Below are positions 36,288-44,900 of a stretch of DNA of 64,000 nucleotides, in pieces. The position numbers and the translations under genes were made by a program. The notes under the pieces were generated by a model. It did no database searches. It was not told the DNA's origin and saw only the letters and a program-made list of their open reading frames with translations. The stretch's first letter is position 1, and every line of letters begins with the position of its first letter. The DNA comes from Ignavibacteriota bacterium (GTDB lineage: Bacteria; Bacteroidota; Ignavibacteria; UBA10030; UBA6906): assembly GCA_963801355.1 (NCBI GenBank), contig CAWDEM010000008.1, positions 2,080,001 through 2,144,000 of the forward strand, read 5' to 3'.

Positions 36288-37583
36288 CTACCGGTACGCC
36301 GGCGCAATGTCAGCAGACGGGAAGTAGTGGTGCAAGATTTGTTCGGCCGTACGACCGGCCAACGCCATCCCCACGGCTCCCGATTGACACATCCCCACAC
36401 CATGCCCCCACCCCGCGCCGGTGACGACGAACCGGTCGGGTCGCGTGAGAGGACCCACCGGATCCAGCACGACACAGGAGCTGCGGAGCGGAGGTGTCCA
36501 GACTTGCCGGAATTCCAGTTCTGTTGAAACTCGGAATTGCCCCTCTTCCCCCACAAACAGAGCGCTGAGGATGCGGCCGGAATGACCCCGGCGCACGGAA
36601 TCGATCCGGACAATGCGGCCCACACGCAATCTTCCGCCTGCGAGTCCGAGTGAGTCGGCCGGGGTGTTCACCTTCCACCTCCAGTATCTCCGGCTCCAGT
36701 CGGGGAGGCCGGGGCGGGACTGCGGATTGCAGTACGTCGGGGGATCAGCTTCCAGCCAACGCCGCAGGTGTGTTTCATTCTCAAGAGAATCAACCCTCAG
36801 GGAGTCGGCGTCGGGGCGCGCACCCCAGTACGCACGCGGACCACTTCGCCATGGCCAGACGTTTTCTATGCTCTCGGAGTATCCTCCGCAGTTTGAAGCG
36901 AAGTACGCGTTGATCGGCACGCCTCCCGATTGAAGGATGAGACCGCGAGTCGTCCGGATCGCGCGGTCAATCTCTTTCGTTATTCGCGACGTTCCTCCGA
37001 ACACCTGACAGTCCACGTCACCGCAGATGTCGTACCCATTGCCGGCGTACATCCGGTTCCGCCTGGCTGCCATGACTTCGGACCGGGCTGCGATTGCCTG
37101 TGCGCGTAGAGCCTCAACCGGCGCGGTCCCGATCTCAAATGGCACTACACCCCGCAGGTATCGTTCAACAGGAAGAGAGACAACCACGCTCAACATCCCT
37201 CCCGGTGCAGCCCGCACGCTGATTGTCCCTTCGTACCGCCTGTCTTCCTTTCCCTCCCACCACCATCCGACGCCGTACGGGACATTTCGGACAAGGAACA
37301 GTCCGGTATCACGCACTGCGGTCATGACCAGAAGCGAATCCTCAATATGCACATCGCCGTACACTAGACCTACGCGTGTCCCGTGCCGCTCGATGATAGC
37401 CTGTTTGCCACCGGCAAGCAGCAGTCGTTTCTCCGCCCGGACGCGCCATGGGCCGGCCGGCTCAATTGCCACACGATCGAGTGTGGAGATAATTTGCACT
37501 CTGATGAGCGGCTCTTTGGCATCCGACGTGAGAAAGCCCAAAAACAGCAAAAACACTGTGATGCAGAACGGAAAGGACTTCAT
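36288..37583 (-). CDS. SpoIID/LytB-domain protein (lytic transglycosylase-like)
   Basis: VERYLRGVVPFEI, EALRAQAIAARS, DICGDVDCQVF, GAGWGHGVGMCQSGA, QILHHYFP. Confidence 0.9.
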   Translation of the reverse strand: MKSFPFCITVFLLFLGFLTSDAKEPLIRVQIISTLDRVAIEPAGPWRVRAEKRLLLAGGKQAIIERHGTRVGLVYGDVHIEDSLLVMTAVRDTGLFLVRNVPYGVGWWWEGKEDRRYEGTISVRAAPGGMLSVVVSLPVERYLRGVVPFEIGTAPVEALRAQAIAARSEVMAARRNRMYAGNGYDICGDVDCQVFGGTSRITKEIDRAIRTTRGLILQSGGVPINAYFASNCGGYSESIENVWPWRSGPRAYWGARPDADSLRVDSLENETHLRRWLEADPPTYCNPQSRPGLPDWSRRYWRWKVNTPADSLGLAGGRLRVGRIVRIDSVRRGHSGRILSALFVGEEGQFRVSTELEFRQVWTPPLRSSCVVLDPVGPLTRPDRFVVTGAGWGHGVGMCQSGAVGMALAGRTAEQILHHYFPSADIAPAYR

Positions 37584-37590
37584 GTAATTC

Positions 37591-37647
37591 CCTGAGAAAA
37601 ATGCCAGAGAAAAAAGTCAGAGAAAAAACCCTGGGAAAAAAGCCAGG
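37591..37647. repeat. Tandem array of four 13-bp imperfect repeats plus a partial unit
   Basis: CCTGAGAAAAATG / CCAGAGAAAAAAG / TCAGAGAAAAAAC / CCTGGGAAAAAAG / CCAGG. Confidence 0.85.
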
Positions 37648-37659
37648 CTTCACCGCACT

Positions 37660-39132
37660 TCACTGGAGGCACGCCAGCCACCTGCCGTACGCATCGGCGG
37701 TGGCTTCGCGGTCCCCTCGCGCCGGCACGACTTCCTCGATCTTCCGGAGCGACGCAAATGCCTCACGGGGCGAAGGGAATATGCCGGCTCCGACGGCAGC
37801 ACCGCGTGCCGCTCCCTGCGCCCCGTCGGTGTCAAAGAGTTCAATGGTCGCATCGGCGATATTGGCCAGCGTCTGCCGGAAGATGGGACTCAGGAACATG
37901 TTGGAGTGTCCGGCCCTGATGACCCGGAGGGCCAATCCCATTTCTTTCATAATGTCAATACCGTACCTGAACGAAAAGGCGATTCCCTCTTGAGCCGCCC
38001 GGTAAAGGTGAACACGCGAATGTCGATTGAAATCGATGCCATAGATCTGACAGCCGATTTCCCGGTCCTCCAGTATACGTTCGGCGCCGTTGCCGAACGG
38101 CAAGACCGTGACTCCGTCGCAGCCAATATTCACGCCTGCCGCTGCGTCATTGATCTCAGCATAGCTCAAGCCTTCCGCGACATTCCTGCGGAGCCAGGAA
38201 TTCAGAATGCCTGTTCCGTTGATACAGAGCAGAACTCCAAGGCGCGGCTGGCCGGCCGTATGGTTGACGTGCGCAAACGGGTTGACGCGTGATTTCCCGT
38301 CATAGGCCACGCGGCCAATCACCCCGTAGACCACCCCTGACGTTCCGGCGGTAGCGGCAGCCTCCCCCGGGTTCAGGACGTTCAAGGAGAAGGCATTATT
38401 CGGTTGATCCCCCGCACGATACGTCACAACAGTCCCCTCCCGCAATCCAAGCTGTTCTGCAGCCACCTTCGTGAGCTGTCCCTGGTCGCCGAAGGTGGGG
38501 CGGATATCCGGCAACAGCCGCCTGTCACTGCCAAAATACTCAAGCAGTGCACCGGAGATCTCGTTCTTCGCGAAGTCCCAGTAGATCCATTCGGACAGTC
38601 CTGAGAGCGTCGTCGTGATGTCGCCGGTGAGTTTCATTGCAATGAATTCGCCGGGCAGCATGGCCTTGTGAATTCTCCCATACACTTCCGGCTCATTCTC
38701 CAGCACCCAGCGCAGCTTGGAGGCCGTGAAATTTCCCGGGGAATTGAGAAGATGCTGCAGGCAGAATTCGCGGCCGAGGGTATCGAAGGCCTTCCGGCCG
38801 ATTTCCACCGCGCGGCTATCACACCAGATGATCGACGGCCGCAGCACATGGTGCTTCTCATCGACGAGCACAAGTCCGTGCATCTGATACGAGATGCCGA
38901 TCGACCGTATCGCACCCGTGTCGATTCCTTTCTCCCTCACAAGGTTCCGGGTCAAGGCAACAACGTACGTCCACCATAGTTCCGGATCCTGCTCGGCCCA
39001 CCCGGCCCTGGGTGCGTCGATGTGCATTTCCTCCGAAGGTAAGGAGCCGTGGGCAATCACCGTACCGGTTTCACAATCCAGAATTGCACACTTGACCGAG
39101 GAGCTGCCGATGTCATAGCCGAGAGAGTACAT
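37660..39132 (-). CDS. xylB: Xylulokinase (FGGY family)
   Basis: LGYDIGSSSVK, GWAEQDP, GISYQMHGLV, IIWCDSR, GDQPNNA, PFGNGAER; last gene of a xylan locus. Confidence 0.88.
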   Translation of the reverse strand: MYSLGYDIGSSSVKCAILDCETGTVIAHGSLPSEEMHIDAPRAGWAEQDPELWWTYVVALTRNLVREKGIDTGAIRSIGISYQMHGLVLVDEKHHVLRPSIIWCDSRAVEIGRKAFDTLGREFCLQHLLNSPGNFTASKLRWVLENEPEVYGRIHKAMLPGEFIAMKLTGDITTTLSGLSEWIYWDFAKNEISGALLEYFGSDRRLLPDIRPTFGDQGQLTKVAAEQLGLREGTVVTYRAGDQPNNAFSLNVLNPGEAAATAGTSGVVYGVIGRVAYDGKSRVNPFAHVNHTAGQPRLGVLLCINGTGILNSWLRRNVAEGLSYAEINDAAAGVNIGCDGVTVLPFGNGAERILEDREIGCQIYGIDFNRHSRVHLYRAAQEGIAFSFRYGIDIMKEMGLALRVIRAGHSNMFLSPIFRQTLANIADATIELFDTDGAQGAARGAAVGAGIFPSPREAFASLRKIEEVVPARGDREATADAYGRWLACLQ

Positions 39133-39148
39133 GGAATCAGTTCCTTGC

Positions 39149-42100
39149 TTATTGTTGATGGATCATGTAGGTATCGTCATTCCCGCGATACTCAAACCAG
39201 TCGTAGTACGCGGAAGTCGTGGCCTTCTTCCCGAGTGAAGTGGCGTAGAGTCCGTACATGCATCCGACGAAACCACCCGCCACTTTTGTGCTCAGAAATT
39301 TCGCGTCAACGTGCTCCTTCAGCACGCTCCACCCACGATCTCCGAATCCGTACAGAAAAGCGTATGTGTCGCCGCGCGCTTCAATCTTCAGACGAACCGG
39401 CATCGTGTACTCTTTGATGGTGATCTCCCGCGATGCGATTACACGCATATGCGTCGTCGATCCGCCGGGATCAAGGGAGGTGTAGAGCTGCAACTGGGGC
39501 CTCGTTCCTACCCTGGATTTGCAGAGGAAGTAGAAATGCGATTCGTTCTGGAAGACAACAATCCCGGCCTTCTCATTCTCCGCACTAGGGGAAAACAGCA
39601 GAGAAGTGCTCGCGGAACCGCGTAGGTGCTGCTGCCGTCTCCCCAGAAAGCTCGGATTTCCTTTGCCGGAACATGACTCGGGGCGCAACTGCAGTCCGAC
39701 AAACCCCTTCCGGGACCTCAAATCATACCACTCCTCGTGCGGAGTCCTCAGGAAAGTCCAATCGCGGTCCAGCGTCCCGCCGTTGAAGTCGTCTCTTCTG
39801 GTGAAATTGCCGCCGTAGGGAACTCCCGGAGCTGATGAAGGCCTCACAGGATAAGGGTACGAGTATTGCACTTTCTCCTCGCCGGTGGTCACGATCGGCC
39901 ACCCGTTCTTCCATAGCACGGGCGCAAGGAATGTTTCTCTGCCGGTATTGTAGTATCCCCCCTCGACCGGAGGATACGGCCTGCATCCAAGGAACACCGC
40001 CCACCAGTCCCCGCTTTCCGTCTCCACAAAATCGGCATGTCCGGTCGACGTGATCGGCGCTTCTCTCGCGGGATCAAGATGCCTTTGCGTCAGTATCGGA
40101 TTGCCGGCGAACGGGACATACGGACCCTCCACCGCCGCGCTCCTGAAGACTACTTCCGAATGCTGGTCACCGGTTCCCCCCTCTGCGGCAATGAGATAGT
40201 AAGCGCCGTCCTTCTTGAAAATGTGCGGGCCTTCAATCCAGACGGGTTTCCTGGCAATATCCGTCCCCCCGTTCACGAGAAGATGTTCTTCGCCGGTGAC
40301 CTTGAGCTTTCCGGTATCAAACTCATACATACGGATCGTCCTGTGTCCGTCATAGAGCGGTTTATCGTTTGGGGGAATACTATTGTAGATGATGTACGCC
40401 CTGCCATCGTCATCGAAGAACATCGACGGATCAATCCCGTTGATTTCGGGAATCCAGACCGGATTCGACCAGGGTCCCCGCGGAGAGGTCGCCGTAGCAA
40501 TGAAGTTCCCCCCGATGTCGACAAGTGTGCACGTCACATAGAATTTTCCCCCGCGGTAACGGATGGCCGGCGCGAAGAGCCCGCGCGAAACACCCTGCCC
40601 GTCCAGGTTCAACTGTTCCACCCGATCCATGACGTGGCCGATGAGGTTCCAGTTCACGAGATCCCGGCTTTGAAAGACCGGGATGCCGGGAAAATAGGCG
40701 AAGGTCGAGGTGACCAGGTAGTAGTCGGCCCCGACGCGGCATATGCTCGGGTCCGGATAGAATCCGGCCAGGATAGGGTTGAAAAACATGTTCGCCACCT
40801 CCAATGATGTATCCCGTGCTGCTCCGGGCCGACAACTTTCCGGTGGTCCCAGATAGCTCGGCTTCATGCCACCGGCATCGATCACCAACTTCTGGAGCAC
40901 GACACCTGGATCGACCATCCAGAATTTCAGGATATGTTCACCTGGTTTTTCGACGGTGTGCTGTGATGTCACGATGTGGATGTTGTTGGCCACCGCTTGA
41001 TTCCATTCGTGAGGATATTTCCAATCAGGCACGGTATCCTTCGCATGCATGTTGATGATCTGCGGTTGTTGCTCATCGAACGAGACCGCATAGCACAATC
41101 CCTTGTGCTCCCTCCCGGGTTCGGTGCGGAAATCCAGTGTCGGGGAGAGGTCCGCATGGACGGTGAGGCGTCCGGCTGTGAACAGATGCACACGGTACTC
41201 CAAACGGGGGGAATCGCCGCCAGGCGTCACACTTGCTGATGTGACTGGCGTAACAGTCATGGCCGAAAGCGTGCGACCCAGATCGGGTATCCGCTGCCAT
41301 GCAGCGTGCGGTGTGTTCACCGCCGTTGTGTAGTGCTCCGCCTCCATGGAGAGGTACCCGTTGCTCTCCATAAAGGCATGGACGACTTGACGCTCCTGGA
41401 GGACAGGATTGTTGACAACTGCGTGAACGACAACATGGGCACTGTCCGGACCTGTGATCGTAATGGGCACGCGCTGTTTCCCTGCCGGAGCTTTGCGCCA
41501 GTCGACGTTCACGGTAATCCGTTCTTCCGTCCGGACGCTCCCCTCGCATGAGCTGAGCTGGAGGTATTTTTCCGGCGAATGAAGGACATAGTGCACAGGA
41601 AGAGTCCCGCGGTTGAAAACTTCGATGTAGGTCGATTGGTTGCTGTAAGGATCACATTCCGGCAATACCGCCTCGGTCGTGTCCCGCGGCCACCAGCGTG
41701 CGGATCCCTCGATTGCCACTCCCATCTCCGGAGCGGGTTTCAATGCGATTCTCTGCACGGGAGGCGGGACGTCCTTCTCCGGCTGTTGCCATGAGGTGTA
41801 GCTAATGTGCGTCTGATCCATCATGTGGTTCCACTTGCCGCCGGCGAGCGTGCTATTGTAATAGTGGCTGATGGCAGAATCCTTGCTGAAGAGAAACGCC
41901 GCCCGGTCGGCGAGGGCGTTGGTACCGGCCCGCCCCTGTCCGGCATACAGGTGATTCATACCGACGGTGACATACAGATCGTTGAGGTTGGCACAGGCAG
42001 TCACCGGATGGAGCACGAGCTGATAGAATGCATCCTTCTGCGCAGGAGGGAGCGAATCGTATATGCCCTGTGCGCGTTCTGCGAGCCGTGTGTAGTCCTC

Positions 42101-43747
42101 GACAACGGTCGCTGCTTCACGGTAGTTGAAAAGACTGTACGTATCAGGGGCGAGGAGTTCCGGCTTCCGGCGGGAGTTGTAGGTGGTGTACGCCGTTAGA
42201 ATCTCCGCGATATCTTTTGCGTGCTTTTCGCCGAACTGTTGTGCTGCCCATTGCCGTGTGTACGCCGGCAGGCGTTCCGCGGACCACGCGTCGGGATTCC
42301 AGGCATAGTCCAGGAAGAACTGTGTGGGGAACTCCATGGGCTTGATGTCGCCGACATTCACGATCCAGATCCGGCGGGCTCCATACGCATAGGCCATGTG
42401 CATTTGCTCCCATACCCGCGCAATCTGATTTGTGTTCACCCACTTATAGTTCCTCGGCCCGCCTACATAGTCGAAGTGGTAGTAGATGCCATAGCCCCCT
42501 GCGCGCGGCGGAGCGAGAAGAGAAGGAAGTCTGCGGATGTTTCCCCAGTTGTCATCGCAGAGAAGAAGCGTGACATCATCCGGCACCCGCATGCCTTTGT
42601 CGTAGTATTCCTGCACTTCTTTGTAGAGCGCCCACACCTGCGGGATGGCCGCCGGATCCTTGCCCGTCACCTCTCCCAGAATCCGACGCTGGTCTCGCAC
42701 GATGTTTTCGAGGAGTGCGATGTTGGCCCCCTCGGACATCGGCTCATCGCCGTCACCACGCATGCCCACGGTGACCAGGCTTTCGTACGAACCCATGCGC
42801 GCGATGCCCTGGCGCCAGAAGCTCCTCAGCATGCTGTCGTTTTTTTCGTAGTTCCATGGTCCCGACCCATAGCGTCGCCATTCGTCGTGAGCGCGCATCA
42901 TCGGCTCATGGTGTGAGGTCCCGATCACAATGCCGAACTCGTCCGCCAGCTGCGGATTGCGCGGGTCATCATCGTAGAATGCATTCCCCCACATTGCCGG
43001 CCAGAGAAAATTTCCCTTCAGCCGGAGGATGAGCTCGAACACGTGCTCGTAGAATGCCGAGTTGAATCCGCCGAATTTCTCGCGAGTCCAACCCGACAGG
43101 GCCGGAGCTTCGTCGTTGATGAAGATGCCGCGGTATTTCACCGCCGGCTGGCCGTTGGAGTACCGGCCCGGAAGTACGAAGAGCTCCGGCTCTTTCTTCA
43201 CCGGAACATCCGCCCACCAGTACCACGGCGACACGCCGGCCTTCGATGCCAGATCGAACATGCCGTAGATGGTTCCCCGCTTGTCGCTCCCCGCGATGAC
43301 CAGCGCCCGGTCGATACCGGGAAGCGGGTTCTGGATTGTCTGAATCAGAAATGTTTCCCACTTCCCCGCGATGTCTCCGACATCCAGCCTTTTCTCCCGC
43401 ACCAGTCTGTCAACCCACGGGCTCCGGCCGAGTGTACCGATCAGCACCATCTCCTTCTCCGGCCCGATCCCGTCGACAGACAGAGGAGGTTCATTGCCGG
43501 TCACACGGAGAAGATCCTGCTGCAGAAGGCGTGCAACACGGGCGACCCCCGCATAGTCCTGAGAACTCACGTACAGGGCGGCGGATTTGCCCTTTGCCGA
43601 CAGGGTGAACGCGTCTGCCTGCATTTTTCCCGAAACGTACCCTTCGGCTGCAGAAAGTTCCCCTGGAAGGGCAATGACAAGCAGGGCGGCCAGGATTCTC
43701 CAGCACACGGCACGATATTCCTGAGAACGGGTCAGCAGGCGGCTCAT
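39149..43747 (-). CDS. GH115 alpha-glucuronidase fused to a GH43 beta-xylosidase/arabinofuranosidase
   Basis: GH115: GVSPWYWWADVP, YRGIFINDEAP, GTSHHEPM, GMRGDGD, DDNWG. GH43: NPILAGFYPDPSI, LFAPAIRY, GIDPS, WIEGPH, GRETFL. Start 43747 has an ATGA overlap. Confidence 0.92.
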   Translation of the reverse strand: MSRLLTRSQEYRAVCWRILAALLVIALPGELSAAEGYVSGKMQADAFTLSAKGKSAALYVSSQDYAGVARVARLLQQDLLRVTGNEPPLSVDGIGPEKEMVLIGTLGRSPWVDRLVREKRLDVGDIAGKWETFLIQTIQNPLPGIDRALVIAGSDKRGTIYGMFDLASKAGVSPWYWWADVPVKKEPELFVLPGRYSNGQPAVKYRGIFINDEAPALSGWTREKFGGFNSAFYEHVFELILRLKGNFLWPAMWGNAFYDDDPRNPQLADEFGIVIGTSHHEPMMRAHDEWRRYGSGPWNYEKNDSMLRSFWRQGIARMGSYESLVTVGMRGDGDEPMSEGANIALLENIVRDQRRILGEVTGKDPAAIPQVWALYKEVQEYYDKGMRVPDDVTLLLCDDNWGNIRRLPSLLAPPRAGGYGIYYHFDYVGGPRNYKWVNTNQIARVWEQMHMAYAYGARRIWIVNVGDIKPMEFPTQFFLDYAWNPDAWSAERLPAYTRQWAAQQFGEKHAKDIAEILTAYTTYNSRRKPELLAPDTYSLFNYREAATVVEDYTRLAERAQGIYDSLPPAQKDAFYQLVLHPVTACANLNDLYVTVGMNHLYAGQGRAGTNALADRAAFLFSKDSAISHYYNSTLAGGKWNHMMDQTHISYTSWQQPEKDVPPPVQRIALKPAPEMGVAIEGSARWWPRDTTEAVLPECDPYSNQSTYIEVFNRGTLPVHYVLHSPEKYLQLSSCEGSVRTEERITVNVDWRKAPAGKQRVPITITGPDSAHVVVHAVVNNPVLQERQVVHAFMESNGYLSMEAEHYTTAVNTPHAAWQRIPDLGRTLSAMTVTPVTSASVTPGGDSPRLEYRVHLFTAGRLTVHADLSPTLDFRTEPGREHKGLCYAVSFDEQQPQIINMHAKDTVPDWKYPHEWNQAVANNIHIVTSQHTVEKPGEHILKFWMVDPGVVLQKLVIDAGGMKPSYLGPPESCRPGAARDTSLEVANMFFNPILAGFYPDPSICRVGADYYLVTSTFAYFPGIPVFQSRDLVNWNLIGHVMDRVEQLNLDGQGVSRGLFAPAIRYRGGKFYVTCTLVDIGGNFIATATSPRGPWSNPVWIPEINGIDPSMFFDDDGRAYIIYNSIPPNDKPLYDGHRTIRMYEFDTGKLKVTGEEHLLVNGGTDIARKPVWIEGPHIFKKDGAYYLIAAEGGTGDQHSEVVFRSAAVEGPYVPFAGNPILTQRHLDPAREAPITSTGHADFVETESGDWWAVFLGCRPYPPVEGGYYNTGRETFLAPVLWKNGWPIVTTGEEKVQYSYPYPVRPSSAPGVPYGGNFTRRDDFNGGTLDRDWTFLRTPHEEWYDLRSRKGFVGLQLRPESCSGKGNPSFLGRRQQHLRGSASTSLLFSPSAENEKAGIVVFQNESHFYFLCKSRVGTRPQLQLYTSLDPGGSTTHMRVIASREITIKEYTMPVRLKIEARGDTYAFLYGFGDRGWSVLKEHVDAKFLSTKVAGGFVGCMYGLYATSLGKKATTSAYYDWFEYRGNDDTYMIHQQ

Positions 43748-44898
43748 CTGGGACTCCCGGCGGTGTTGAGAACGGCGAAGAACGCCGGTTTCGGCTGGTA
43801 GTTCCGATCGAAGAGCAACGGATAGCTTGTCCGCCCTCTGACCGGCCAATCATTGAGCCAGGACGTTTTGTCGGTGACACCCCAGAACGTCACCCGATCA
43901 ACTGTCGCCGCATGCTTCACAAGGATGGCGAACAGACCGGCGTACCGGTCAGTCAGTACTTTCTGCATTGAATCGGGAAGCGCGTCGGGATACGGGTTCA
44001 GTTCCTTGCGCAGTTCGACTCTCATGTTGATATCTGCACCCTCGTAATCCCACGCCGCGGGCAGTATATTCATGTCCATCTCGGTGACCAGCACCTTGAC
44101 GCCGAGGCCTGCGACAGCCGAGATGAAATTTTCGAGATCGTCATCTGTCGGGTAATCCATCCCCCAATGTCCCTGAATGCCCACGGCATCGATCCGGAGA
44201 CCCCGCGCCTTGAGATCCTTGACCAGGCGCACCGCTGCATCCCGCTTTGCCGGCTTGTCGAGCGAGAAGTCGTTGTAGTACAATTCGGCGCCGGGATCGA
44301 CCTGGTTCGTGTACTCAAAAGCCTTTGCCACGAAGTCTTCCCCCACCGTCTGCACCCAGAGGCTCTGCCGGAGTCCCCCTTCGTCGGTGAGAGCCTCATT
44401 GACCACATCCCACCCCTTTACCCTGCCCTTATAGCGGCCCACCACGGTCTCAATGTGCTGCCGCATGCGCAGGAGCATCGCATCACGACCCAGCAGCTTC
44501 CCCTGTGCATCGACAAACGTCCAGGCAGGAATCTGGTCATGCCAGACGAGCGCATGCCCCGCGATGAACATGTTATGCTTTTCGCCGAACGTCACAAAAC
44601 GGTCGGCCGCTTCAAAATCATACATGTCAGGCTGCGGATGGATGTGCACCCACTTCATCACGTTCTCGGCTGTCACACTGTTGCACTGTTGCAGGACTAT
44701 TGCAACAGCCTGCGAATCCCTGCCGGTAACCATGTCATCGTTCAACGCAGCACCGATCAGAAAATCCTTGTCGTACGCGCCTTTCAGTGTGGTCCGGTCA
44801 TGGCTGTCACTGCACGTGAATGCTCCGAGGGCCGCGAGTAATACAGAGGCCGCAAGGAAGCCCTGCCAAAAGTTTCTTGTCTGCGCTTTCGTGGGCAT
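43744..44898 (-). CDS. GH10 endo-1,4-beta-xylanase (no T9SS CTD; periplasmic or lipoprotein)
   Basis: TAENVMKW, GHALVWH, WDVVNEA, YYNDF, GIQGH, VTEMD, TFWG; GAGGTG RBS. Confidence 0.93.
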   Translation of the reverse strand: MPTKAQTRNFWQGFLAASVLLAALGAFTCSDSHDRTTLKGAYDKDFLIGAALNDDMVTGRDSQAVAIVLQQCNSVTAENVMKWVHIHPQPDMYDFEAADRFVTFGEKHNMFIAGHALVWHDQIPAWTFVDAQGKLLGRDAMLLRMRQHIETVVGRYKGRVKGWDVVNEALTDEGGLRQSLWVQTVGEDFVAKAFEYTNQVDPGAELYYNDFSLDKPAKRDAAVRLVKDLKARGLRIDAVGIQGHWGMDYPTDDDLENFISAVAGLGVKVLVTEMDMNILPAAWDYEGADINMRVELRKELNPYPDALPDSMQKVLTDRYAGLFAILVKHAATVDRVTFWGVTDKTSWLNDWPVRGRTSYPLLFDRNYQPKPAFFAVLNTAGSPR

Positions 44899-44900
44899 AT

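Noticed and set aside
37591-37647. CRISPR array
   Set aside because: Units are 13 bp, directly abutting with no spacers, and there are no cas genes.
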